Below are positions 52,541 to 64,000 of a DNA stretch of 64,000 nt, piece by piece. The position numbers and the translations under genes were made by a program. The DNA comes from Chrysomallon squamiferum (taxonomy: Eukaryota > Animalia > Mollusca), in contig CM022668.1 in NCBI GenBank assembly GCA_012295275.1, positions 12,276,001 through 12,340,000 of the forward strand, read 5' to 3'. Position 1 is the stretch's first letter. Each line of letters opens with the position of its first letter. Under the pieces are notes generated by a model that saw only the letters and a list, made by a program, of their open reading frames with translations, did not search any database and was not told where the DNA came from.

Positions 52541-53806
52541 GATTATTTATCTGTGTAAGATATTTTTAAGTCAGATTTCAGTTGAATATATCAGACTTTG
52601 TAGTCTGTAATGTAATAAACCCTTTGAAATTCTTCAACATTAAACATGATCAAGTGAAAATTTAAATTCTGCACAATAAACATTTTATCAAGTTTTATAT
52701 AACTGTTGGATATAACAATTTCTCTGTATATTTATTAATTAGGCCTGTGAATATTTACCATCAAACATCTTTTTGGATATATATAGTTCAGTTATAAAAC
52801 CTTAAGATTTGCAATCACAAACATGGCAGATTTCTTTCAATGTCCAATATGTTATGATCAGAGCTATTTTAGGAAAATGTTTTTGATATATGTAGACTTT
52901 TAATACCACAAATTATTAAAATGAATTGGGATAATCTATTATAATCTGTTAATTTAAAAATTCAAATAAGGAATGGATTTGTTGAGGATATTTATGGATG
53001 AGTTAATAATTAAAAGCAGTGAATTTTAATAATTCTAAAACACAATGGATGTACTCAACATCAGAAAGATAGGTCTATAATTATGAGAAGTAATTTGAAA
53101 ATTGTGAAAGTGAAAATAGATATACTAAGAACTACATGAATAATTAAATAATTAATATTCCAGTTTAGAATGAATATGTGAAAAAAAATTGAAAATAATA
53201 AATATAAAAAAATCATTTATATAAAAATATATTAAAAATTATATTTTAAAGCTGATATATAACAGATGCCTTAATAATTAACATATTTTATTTATTTATT
53301 TATTTTAAAAGCTTATTTGTGCAATAAAAAAAAAATTAAAAAATTAAAATAAAAAAATTATATATAAATTCAAACTAAAAATGGATATACCATGAGGAAA
53401 TATGACAAAATTCTATTTCAAGGAGATGAAAGGAAATAATTTTGATTCTTTTAAACAAAAGATTTATGTTACCATAGCAACTAATCTGAAGATACTGCAT
53501 CTTAGCCTTGCTTATGTGCGTAAAGCTGGTAAGAAAATTATTTCAAAATAAAACTTTTAAAATGTGAAGATGTTAAAAAAAATTATTCATATTTAATTGT
53601 TTTATGTAGCTACTATAAATAAATAAATAAATAAATAAAGAAAGAAAGAATTTTTAAATTTGATTTTTAAATAAAAAAGAAGGTATTAGACAAGGTACCA
53701 TTCGTCATATAATTTCATTTTAAATTTCTTAATTTTATTTTATGTTAATTTAAAAGTTTACTACATTAATAATAATTAATTATGTTAATGTTGTTGTCAT
53801 TGTTGC

Positions 53807-53855
<49 letters not shown>

Positions 53856-54396
53856 GTTATTATAAATAAAAATGAAAGCCAGATTCTAAAATTACTTATT
53901 ATTTTTTATAATTTTCATACAGAATAAATTAATTCTCATTTATATATATCTTAAACTCATAAATATATATATATTTCCTGATAACTTATTTAATACAGAT
54001 CTAGCTATACATCAATATTTCTTTTATGTATAACTAAACACAAAAAGTCAATACCTCTTTTTGTCTGGAATCAATTAACCTGTGATAAAAATAAATAAAG
54101 GAAGGTCAGTTTTTATCTCTGTGCAATTACTTTAATGTCAAATCCTTTGTAATACAGCATGTTCTACAATGTTATTGTGTGTTTTTTTTTTCTTCTTGGT
54201 ATTTTGCCAAACTATGTTTTACTTTGAAGAACATTGTAAACATTGAAGTATAGTGTTACTGTTGTAAATTGAAGCAGGAAATATTCTTCTATCTTTATTG
54301 ATATATTAATTTTAAATAATTCAGAAGCTGTTATAAAATAAATAAATAAGTAAATAATGTTCTTATTTATAATACATATACATTAATAATAATGAA

Positions 54397-54441
<45 letters not shown>

Positions 54442-55037
54442 TATTATTATTATTGTTATTGTTATTGTTATTATTATAGTTATTATTATTATTATTATTA
54501 TGTGAATAATATTAATAAATAAAATAAATTGATTCACAAAAATAAAATATAATATTATGTAGAGTTGTGACTTTAAAATTTTAAAAATAGATTTACAAAA
54601 TAAGAAAAAACAAAATTTTGATTATTAAAAGTTTAAAATTATTTAAAGTTTTATTTTTAAAAGTCATAATCAATAATTGACATTCATAAAGGTTTGTTTT
54701 ATTTTATTTATTTATATATTTATTTATTGTTTTATCATAGTACATTGATAAACTTCTTTATTCTTTTTCTAAATATAAACATTTTTATTAACTTTTTATA
54801 ATTTTGTTTTAAGCTGTTTTTTCAATGCTAATAGTAAAGTTGTGGTAGTTGTTAATAGTGATGTTGTAGTAGTTGTAATAATAATGCCATTGCAGTGGTT
54901 TATAACGAGGCTGTTTTTTTTAACAAGGTTATTTAATATCTTAATAATGATGTTGCAGCAATTAATATTGATGTTGTAGCAGCAGTTAACAGTGATGCTG
55001 TTGTAGTTGTTAATGATGAAACTGTTGGCATTTTCAG

Positions 55038-55105
55038 CTGTTGAGAAAGAGGAGAAACCCACTGGAGAAGCTCCTGAATTTAAACTGACAATCAAAACAC
55101 AAACA
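55038..55105 (+). CDS. Exon 19: linker plus start of Ig domain 8 (VEKEEKPTGEAPEFKLTIKTQT)
   Basis: TTTTCAG acceptor, ACA|GTAAGT donor, phase 1-0. Confidence 0.88.
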
Positions 55106-55284
55106 GTAAGTAGCCAGGACTGTCTGATAATTTTGTATTTAATGATGTCTCTAGGGGATGTGGATTTGTATTTAATTTGATAGAGACCAGACAACACATA
55201 CCACACTGTTTTACAAATAATAATGTACTAGTTTGTGGCCTTCTGATAATAACATTTTAATTTTTTTATAATTTTTGATTTTTA

Positions 55285-55321
<37 letters not shown>

Positions 55322-55323
55322 TA

Positions 55324-55354
<31 letters not shown>

Positions 55355-55377
55355 ATTTATTATTATTATTATTATTA

Positions 55378-55431
<54 letters not shown>

Positions 55432-55629
55432 GTTGTTTAGTAAATATCATTACATTTTGATTTCAGTTTCAATTCCAAAGAAAACATTTTATTATTTATT
55501 TGTCCTTTTTCATTATTTTATTATTTTTATGTTTTAATTACTTGTTTTTGAAAATTTATTTTAAATTACTTACGTTTTTGTTTTCTTTATATATGAAAGA
55601 GTAATTATTATTACTATTACTATTATTAC

Positions 55630-55668
<39 letters not shown>

Positions 55669-55757
55669 TATTTATTACCTTTTTATCAATTAAACACTTT
55701 AAAAACTAAACACTTTAAAAAACAAAATCTACATAATTAAAACATTTTTGTAATTAG

Positions 55758-55998
55758 GTCGAGGAAGGTGAAACTGCTGAGTTTACCTGTGAGGTCACAG
55801 GTCAACCTACGCCATCTTTGAAATGGTTCTGCAACGGCAAGTTACTGGAAGATGAAGGTCGTTACATGGTCTTTGAGGAAGATGGCATCCACCATCTTGA
55901 AATCTATGACATCATCCCTGATGACCAGGCTGAGTACGTTGCTAAGGCCGAAAATCCATTTGGTGACACATCATGTTCTGCTGAACTTGTGGTGAAAG
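55758..55998 (+). CDS. Exon 20: rest of Ig domain 8 (VEEGETAEFTCEVTGQPTPSLKW...DDQAEYVAKAENPFG...LVVK)
   Basis: ATTAG acceptor, AAG|GTAAAT donor, phase 0-1. Confidence 0.93.
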
Positions 55999-56463
55999 GT
56001 AAATTTTGAAAAATAATTAAATAATTTTGATTTTTTGTTTCAATTTATTTATTAATTTATTTTAAAATATTTTATTAAATATGATGATAATAAGAAGTGG
56101 TAAGTGTTAAATATGATTTTTTTAATTTTTTAAAAAATATTCTCTATCTTATTTTTTTTCGGTTAAATGATCGTGTACATATAATCTCAATGAACAAGTC
56201 ATATTTCTGCAGAAATGAGATTGACTAATATTCATATTTATAATAATAATTCATGATGATTTATGGAAAAAAAAAAAAAAAAAAATAAATAAATAAATAA
56301 ATAAATAAATAAATATAATAAAATTTAAAAATTAAAAAATCTCTTTGTTACCAACCACTTCAATAATGAAGCTAGAAAATAAAAATATAAATTATAAATT
56401 TTTCACTTTTGAGAATTCTACACCCCACCCACCTGAAAAATATAAAAAAAACTCACATTTCAG

Positions 56464-56796
56464 CCAAACCAGTCGAAGAGGCGCCCAAACTTGAAGCGCC
56501 GAAATTCATCGTCGCCATAGAAACCATCGAAGTCAATGAAGGCGAGACGGCCAGATTCACCGCCAGGGCGAAGGGCGTGCCCACCCCAGAGCTCCTCTGG
56601 TTCAAGAACGAGAAGCAGATTGGGGAAGGCGACAAGCAGTTTGTCATCGAGTACGGTGAGGAGGAGGAGGAGGGTGAGGAGAGCGCATCGTCACTGGTGA
56701 TTGTCAATGTCACGCCGGACCACGACGACACGTACGTCTGCGAGGCGCGCAACGTCGCAGGCAGCGTCACCTGCAAAGCCGAGCTGTTCGTGGAAG
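56464..56796 (+). CDS. Exon 21: Ig domain 9 (APKFIVAIETIEVNEGETARFTARAKGVPTPELLWFKN...YVCEARNVAG...LFVE)
   Basis: TTTCAG acceptor, GAAG|GTAAAA donor, 333 nt phase 1-1. Confidence 0.93.
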
Positions 56797-56859
56797 GTAA
56801 AACTGACGGTAATGCTGACTTACAAGGTATCAGCATGCAGGCTTTTTGTTGGTTTTTAG

Positions 56860-57420
56860 CTGGGATTAGTGTTTGGGATTAGTGGGGATTAGTGGATGGT
56901 TTTGTCTAGTTAAGAACTGCACGCGGGTTTTCGCTTAGTTGGGTTAGTGTGGATTAGTGTTGGGGATTAGTGGATTAGGGAAGGTGGATTAGTAAGAATT
57001 TTTAGTTTTTGTTAGAAGGTATCTGCCATCAATATTTTTTTTATTTTGTAGGTTAGTGGGGTAGTGTTAGTGATTAGTGGACAATGGATAACTATTAGTG
57101 ACTAAAAAAAGTATCTGCATGCATTTTTTTATTTTTTTTTATTTTCGTTAGTTTGTAGTGGATTAGTGTTAGCGATCAGTGGATATTTGGTAATGGACTA
57201 GTAAGAATGATTAGTGATTAGAAAGATATCTGCATGCACGTTTTCATTTTTCATGTAGTGCAGTTGTGGATTAGTATTAATGATTAATGGGTGACAGATT
57301 AACTTTGGTACTAGGATTAGCTGGTAATGGTTAGTGGACTAGTACGAATGACTAGTTTTCTTAGAGTGTTAATGAATTGATATTAGTGGTTAGTGGATTC
57401 GTACAGATTACTAGTTTCTT
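56860..57420. repeat. Degenerate GGATTAGTG/TTAGTGG-rich intronic repeat
   Basis: Many GGATTAGT, TTAGTGG and GGACTAGT words; ATCTGCATGCA recurs. Confidence 0.65.
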
Positions 57421-58437
57421 GAACAAATTTAATTATACTAGAAAAGTAACTGTATGATATCAAAAAAAAATGAACGAATTTAAAAAATGTTCAGGTTTTA
57501 AAAAGATTTTAGTAAAAGAAAAACAATAATAATCTTAATTAAATAAAATCTAATCTTAATTTTATAAAATCTAATTCCTAATTTGTTTGTTTTGTTGTTT
57601 TTTGGGGGTTTCATTTTAAGTGGTTGTGGCCCAGTTTTTAAAATACTTATTTCTCTTTTTGGATTTTCCCCTAATATTAAATATATATGTAATCTATATG
57701 TAAATAAATGGTTTAGGGTTCTTCACTATTGTAGCTTTAAAATTAATTTTCTTTTTAAGCATGTTTATGAATGGGCATGGTAGATGTTTTATTATTATTT
57801 TAGTTTACATAGAAATTTATTTAGTTTATAGATTTTTTTCAATATTTTTTAAAACTGGTGACAGCAAATAAATATAAATGATATCTTAATTGGCTGCTTG
57901 TTTATGTAAATAAATAAGTACAGTTTTATTTTTGAATTTATATAAAAATTTATATTATAATTTTTAATTGGTAACTGGTAATTAAAATAATTTGGTTTTA
58001 TTTAAAGAGTGTACAGATAATGTAGATAATTTAACAGCAATTAAATTTAATTATTGTACACATATATTTAATATTTAAATGAGATGAAACATATAAAGAC
58101 GTATTAGTAGCAAAATATACAGAATATTACTTTATTATTAGTTAAATGTTGAATATATATTTCTTTTAAAACTTTGTGTTATCAATCAATTATAGACAAA
58201 TAATCTTCTAATGAGTGAATTAAAAATATTGTTTAAAATCTCTTATTATTTAGATTTTTTAATAAATCTGATTTTCAGACTGAATTAAATGTTTTAAATA
58301 TTATCTGTTTAATTTTAGGAGTGATAATTATGCTTAAATAATTTTTTTGGTTTATTCAAGTCATGTCTGCAAAACTTGATAATAATATTAATTTAATATT
58401 TATATCAAAATGAAAACTGGAGACTAACAGTAATTTA

Positions 58438-58476
<39 letters not shown>

Positions 58477-58728
58477 AAATATATTATTCTTAAAATAAAA
58501 TTTTAAAAATTTGCAATTTAAAATAATTACATTCTTCAACAATAACAATACATTTATAATATAATCTATAAAAAATTTTTTTTTTTTTTTTTTTTTTTTT
58601 TCTGGTGATTTTAAAACGAGGAAATTTTTGTTTTATTCATTATATTTTTTAATCTAAAACTTTTTTTTTCTTTTTTTTCATTTTTAAATACAATAATTAA
58701 ACATTGCTATATTTTCTGGTTATTTTAG

Positions 58729-58848
58729 AAATTCCACAGGACAAACCTTTCCCTCCAGAATTCATCAAGTTCCCAGAAAACGTCACAGCTCGTGAACATG
58801 ACGAGGCTAAGTTCATTGTCAAGGTCATAGGTGTGCCTAAACCTACAG
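58729..58848 (+). CDS. Exon 22: N-half of Ig domain 10 (PPEFIKFPENVTAREHDEAKFIVKVIGVPKPT)
   Basis: TTTTAG acceptor, CAG|GTAAGT donor, phase 1-1. Confidence 0.91.
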
Positions 58849-59022
58849 GTAAGTAAAAAAAAAACCAGGTGTACATATAAGCAAACATGTATGCTTTCAA
58901 ATATACAGGTAAAAAACATCCATATTTTAACTTAAATTCACATTACCTGTATTCATATGTATATATATATATATATATATAATTATTTATTCAGACATAT
59001 AAACATATTAATATTTATATAT

Positions 59023-59059
<37 letters not shown>

Positions 59060-59304
59060 TACAAAATATAAATACATACATATATAAATATACATACAAA
59101 AACATACACATATACACATATAAATATTCATCCATCCATCCATATAAAATATATAGATGTTTAGCAAAAATATACACATACATTTACAAATATATAAAAT
59201 ATACATCCATCCATCCATACATACATACATCATATATTACATTACATCCATACATTACATACTTACATAGATACAAACACTCACACATATATAAATATAT
59301 ACTT

Positions 59305-59335
<31 letters not shown>

Positions 59336-59482
59336 TTATAACATGCACTATGAATTCTTCCATTCTGACACCCACACCCACACACACACTCACACACACT
59401 CACACACGCACACACAAAGACACATGTACATATATATCTTAGATAACGCAATACATTAATCTGTATCACCTATTTATCACAG

Positions 59483-59662
59483 TGACTTGGCACAGAGGCA
59501 GTGAAGTTCTGGAAGACCAGGAAATCTATCACTTTGACAAGTTTGAAGACACTTACTGTTTTGGTATCAAAGACACAGAACTGACAGATGCAGACAACTA
59601 CACGTGTACAGCACAGAACACAGAGGGACAGGCTTCTGTGGATATACCACTCATAGTCAATG
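59483..59662 (+). CDS. Exon 23: C-half of Ig domain 10 (VTWHRG...DADNYTCTAQNTEG...LIVN)
   Basis: TCACAG acceptor, ATG|GTAGGT donor, phase 1-1. Confidence 0.91.
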
Positions 59663-59772
59663 GTAGGTGATGTTTCGTAAAGTCGAATATTCATCAGACT
59701 GAGTGTGGGTTTTGTTTATAACTGTTATATTAGTGATTTGAAATAACAGAAGAATAAGAGAGAATGAGATAT

Positions 59773-59809
<37 letters not shown>

Positions 59810-60020
59810 GAATCAGACAGATTGAGAGAAAGAATAGGTAGGGATAGAGGGAGAGATAAAGAGATAGAAAAACATAAAAGAAAGCAAAGAAGAGAGAGAA
59901 AGTATGAATAGAAAGAGATAGACAAACAGTTAATGTGTTATGGATTGTGATATTAACAACTTGACATCTCATATCAGTTGTATTATATGTTGTAATAAGA
60001 TTATGTCTCTGTATGTTTAG

Positions 60021-60118
60021 AAATAAAGAGAGAGGAGAGATTATCTGAGTCACCTCTTGTCCTGAAAACTAAAGAAGAAACCAGAGCACCAGAGTTCATT
60101 GAGGTCATTCAGGACACT
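60021..60118 (+). CDS. Exon 24: linker plus start of Ig domain 11 (EIKREERLSESPLVLKTKEETRAPEFIEVIQDT)
   Basis: TTTAG acceptor, ACT|GTGAGT donor, phase 1-0. Confidence 0.85.
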
Positions 60119-60535
60119 GTGAGTTTTTTTTGTATTATAAACATTTCTTACAGATTTGTAAATATTTACATAGATGTTAAAATACTGAAGTATTATATAG
60201 TTGGATGTTATATACAGAAACTAAAACTTTTATTTTATACTATCAAACAAATAAATAATAAATTTTCTTTTATATTTAGAATATATAATTTTTATTATTT
60301 TTATTATTTTTGTATATGTAAAAATCCCAAACCATCATTTATGTAGACATCTCAGGAATATATTTAGTGAGTATATTTTCATTTGCTTAAAAAATTATTT
60401 ATTTGTGTGAATGTTGTTTTATTTTATTGGTGTTGTTGTTCCTCTATCTATTACTATTTCTTTAAATGAATTTGATTTTGATATTTTGTGTTTATATAAA
60501 TATTTATTTATTGTTGTTATTATTTTTAATTTCAG

Positions 60536-60612
60536 ACCATTATGGAAGAAAAGAGTTTGGTTCTAACAGCAAAGGTCATTGGCCTTCCAAGACCTGAAGT
60601 TACCTGGTTGAG
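60536..60612 (+). CDS. Exon 25: middle of Ig domain 11 (TIMEEKSLVLTAKVIGLPRPEVTWL)
   Basis: TTTCAG acceptor, AG|GTAAAA donor, phase 0-2. Confidence 0.89.
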
Positions 60613-60880
60613 GTAAAATATTTTATCTCAGAAAAATAATTTAAAATATTTAACAGTAATTCAAATTGGCTAAGATACAATTTAAATAATTGTATTTTAT
60701 CATCAAATTCCAAAATTTTAATATTTAAATGACTAATAACCCTTTTTCCATAATTATTTCTTACACATTAAATACTAACTGTTTAAATATTGATTCAGAT
60801 AACTTAAAATATGGTAGTAATAACTGTTAATAATAATTTCTGTTATAAATGTAATATGAGTTGTCTTGATCGCTGGTTAG

Positions 60881-61047
60881 GAATGGAAAAGATATAGTTG
60901 GGACTCCAAACACCAGACTTTCATACGATGATGAGCTTTGTACACTCAAAATGTTGAAGGTGAACATGAATCATGGAGGAGAGTACATCTGCAGGGCCAC
61001 TAACTCTGCTGGGACAGCAGAGTGCTCTGCCCATATCACAATAGAAG
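60881..61047 (+). CDS. Exon 26: end of Ig domain 11 (NGKDIVGTPNTRLSYDDELCTLKM...GGEYICRATNSAG...ITIE)
   Basis: GTTAG acceptor, GAAG|GTAGTT donor, phase 2-1. Confidence 0.9.
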
Positions 61048-61402
61048 GTAGTTAATTCCCTTACATCGATGTCATAATTTTTTTATTTTTTTATTTTTTT
61101 TTGGTTGTTATTTTTGTAGTTGTCGTTTTTATGTTTAAAAAAAGTTGAAATCTGTACAAAAAAAATTCACACATTATTTAAATCTAAATCATTCCATATA
61201 TTAATTTAATTTAAAAAAAACAAAACAATATAATATTAATTCATCACTCGTTAAATTAATTAATTAAAATTTAATAAATTAAAATTAATTTAAAATTTCT
61301 GAATGGTTAGCATAACTCCAGAATGAATAATAATTCTTAGCATTTCATGGTGTTTCAAATATTATTTTACCTGATTCACTCACCTGTGAAAAATAATTAC
61401 AG

Positions 61403-61517
61403 GTAAGACAGAAGCACCTGAGTTCACACGAGAACTTCAAGATCATGAATGTCGCGAAGGTCGACCTGTCAGATTTGACTGTGCTGTTGTTGGAATTCCA
61501 GAACCTGAAGTCAAATG
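61403..61517 (+). CDS. Exon 27: N-half of Ig domain 12 (APEFTRELQDHECREGRPVRFDCAVVGIPEPEVKW)
   Basis: TTACAG acceptor, TG|GTAAGT donor, phase 1-2. Confidence 0.91.
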
Positions 61518-61976
61518 GTAAGTACTGTCCTGCAGATATTTTTAAACAGTAATATTAATATCAGTAACTTTTATTATTTTTATTATTATTATTATTATTA
61601 CTATTATTACTATTTTTATTATCATTGAAAACAGCCAAAATCTAAAAATCAAATAATGAAATAATTTTTATTATAATCATTAAATATTAATGTTTTAAGA
61701 TTAATTTACAGTAATCATAGATTCATTTTAAATTACAAATTTAACAGATAATTTTAGTTAATTTGTATTTTAATACTAAAGGTAAAAAAAATTAAAATTC
61801 TAAAGCAGTTCTGTTATTACTGTTTATTTTTAAATTTTCTTTTTATTCTCTAAGTAGCTCATTAACAGAATTAAAAATCACTTTTAAAGTAATAAATAAA
61901 CATAATAATTTAAAAAAAATAAAAAACAGATAAGTATAAATTTGTTTATCATTTTATTTTTAACTCATTTTCTCAG

Positions 61977-62161
61977 GTATATCAATGATGAACCCATCGA
62001 AGCTGGACTTCGTTTCCATGTCGACAAACGACCATCTTACACTGATGTCACACACTCACTGAGCATTGAGCCTACAGAAATAGAGGATGCTGGGAAGATT
62101 TCAGCCATCGCATCCAATCAGGCAGGAGAAGTGATGTCGGAAGCCATACTTTCAATTGAAG
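61977..62161 (+). CDS. Exon 28: C-half of Ig domain 12 (YINDEPIEAGLRFHV...EDAGKISAIASNQAG...LSIE)
   Basis: TCTCAG acceptor, GAAG|GTAAAA donor, phase 2-1. Confidence 0.91.
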
Positions 62162-62620
62162 GTAAAAAAATATATATATAAAAAAAAATAAAACAGTTAA
62201 AGTAATATTTGTAATTTTAATTAAGTTTAACTGTTGGTAATTATGGTTATTTTATTAAATTCTTTACTTATTTTAAAGCCTGACATAAATTTAAAATATT
62301 TAAAAAATATGTAGTTACTTATATAATTCAGTCATCTTTTTTGAATTAATAATTATCTTTCATTCTGAATATTTGTTTAATTTTCATTTTCACTCTCTAA
62401 CTCATTCTCTCTCTCTCACTCACTGTTTTTATCTCTACCTCTGTAATATATCTATTTCTAAAGGTTCTGCAATTTCTCTCTCTCTGTCTCAGACATACAG
62501 ACTCACATTCTGACAATTCTTTCCCTTTAATTCTCTATCTATACAATATCCCCTATCTCACTTTCTTTGAATTTCTGTCTCTGTTTCTCTCTTGTTTTCT
62601 CTATTTCTATCTACCACATT

Positions 62621-62622
<2 letters not shown>

Positions 62623-62697
<75 letters not shown>
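62623..62697. repeat. (CT)n microsatellite
   Basis: Directly visible. Confidence 0.96.
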
Positions 62698-62701
<4 letters not shown>

Positions 62702-62766
62702 CACAATCTTCTATTCCTCTTTTTTTTCCATCTCTCTATTAATTATTTCTCTATTTAACTTAACAG

Positions 62767-62881
62767 AAAAGAAAGAAACACCCAAATTCATCAAGAAACT
62801 GGAGAATGTGGAGACACTGGAGAATGAAACTTGTAGACTGGAATGTACTGTGAGTGGAAAACCAAAACCAAAAGTCATTTG
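62767..62881 (+). CDS. Exon 29: N-half of Ig domain 13 (TPKFIKKLENVETLENETCRLECTVSGKPKPKVIW); remainder lies beyond the window
   Basis: TAACAG acceptor, TG|GTAAGT donor, phase 1-2. Confidence 0.91.
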
Positions 62882-62897
62882 GTAAGTTCACCTGCAC

Positions 62898-64000
62898 TAA
62901 CATGATTAGAAAAATAAAATACTTAAAACGAAAACATTAATACTTAATTAAAAAAATTAGATTTTTTTAATAAATTCAAATTCATTATTATGACTGAAAA
63001 AATAAAATAGTAAAAATGAAAACATTAATATTTAATAGTATAAATTTAGATTTTTGGAATATATTCAAATTCATTATAATAATTAGAAAAATAAAATACT
63101 GAAATTGAAAACATTAATACTTAATAATATAAATTTTAGATTTTTGGAATAAATTCAGATGCATTAATATGATTAGAAAAATAAAATAGTAAAAATTAAA
63201 ACATTAATATTTAATAATATAAATTTTACATTTTTGGATAAATTCAAATACATTAATATGATTAGAAAAATAAAATACTGAAAACGAAAACATTAATACT
63301 TAATTAAAAAAATTAGATTTTTGGAATAAATTCAAATAAATTATTATGATTAAAAAATAAAATAGTGAAAATGAAAACATTAATACTTAATAATAAAATT
63401 TTAGATTTTTGGAATAAATTCAAATAAATTATTATGATTAAAAAATAAAATAGTGAAAATGAAAACATTAATACTTAATAGTATAAATTTTAGATTTTTG
63501 GATAAATTCAAACACATTATAATAATTAGAAAAATAAAATAGTGAAAATGAAAACATTAATATTTAATAGTATAAATTTAGATTTTTGGATGAATTTAAA
63601 TACATTATAATAATTAGAAAAATAAAATACTGAAATTGAAAACATTAATACTTAATAATATAAATTTTAGATTTTTGGAATAAATTCAGATGCATTATTA
63701 TGATTAGAAAAATAAAATAGTAAAAATGAAAACATTAATATTTAATAATATAAATTTTAGATTTTTGGATGAATTCAAACACATTATAATAATTAGAAAA
63801 ATAAAATAGTGAAAATGAAAACATTAATATTTAATAATATAAATTTTAGATTTTTGGATGAATTCAAACACATTATAATAATTAGAAAAATAAAATAGTG
63901 AAAATGAAAACATTAATATTTAATAATATAAATTTTAGATTTTTGGATGAATTCAAACACATTATAATAATTAGAAATATAAAATAATGAAAATGAAAAC
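62898..64000. repeat. ~89-bp AT-rich intronic tandem repeat, at least 12 copies, running off the window end
   Basis: AATTAGAAAAATAAAATAGTGAAAATGAAAACATTAATA...CATTATAAT; copies at 63791 and 63880 are 89 bp apart. Confidence 0.93.

Larger units (their letters stand above)
1..62881 (+). other. Partial multi-exon gene: giant titin/connectin-like muscle protein (Glu-rich PEVK/PEVT-like segments, 13 I-set Ig domains, 4 DFRxxL motifs, IQ motif)
   Basis: 29 exons with GT-AG boundaries whose phases join in one frame (one 1-nt discrepancy near 20662). I-set Ig consensus (P.F...L....V..G..A.F.C...G.P.P...W...D.G.Y...A.N..G) recurs. Giant E/V/T/P/K-rich exons are typical of titin-family proteins. Gene extends beyond both window ends. 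Confidence 0.9.

Noticed and set aside
56860-57420. Interstitial telomeric repeat
   Set aside because: Words are TTAGTG/GGATTAG, not tandem TTAGGG or TTAGG
1-62881. Assigning a gene symbol (TTN, sls, unc-89, Strn-Mlck, twitchin) or a species
   Set aside because: No diagnostic kinase, Fn3 or RhoGEF domain in the window and no database search available

Overview
This is eukaryotic (invertebrate-looking metazoan, AT-rich introns) genomic DNA, not prokaryotic. The whole window is the internal part of one + strand, intron-containing gene for a giant titin/connectin-family muscle protein, and neither end of the gene is in the window. I traced 29 exons by GT-AG boundaries and reading phase. Order: giant Glu-rich repeat exon (>12.6 kb; 372-bp and 906-bp modules), two micro-exons, two I-set Ig domains, four DFRxxL motifs on three small exons, one Ig, an IQ motif, a second giant Glu-rich exon (~9.7 kb; 117-bp/39-aa repeats; symmetric phase 0), then ten further Ig domains (the last incomplete). 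The most notable element is the Ig-Ig-(DFRxxL)x4-Ig-IQ module between two very acidic spring-like exons: a candidate actin-anchoring, calmodulin-regulated hub. Scattered frameshifts in the repeats look like assembly errors. Introns hold microsatellites, several minisatellites and many TGCATG motifs. No RNA genes, CRISPR arrays or recognisable transposon ORFs were seen. The species and orthologue cannot be determined from the sequence alone.
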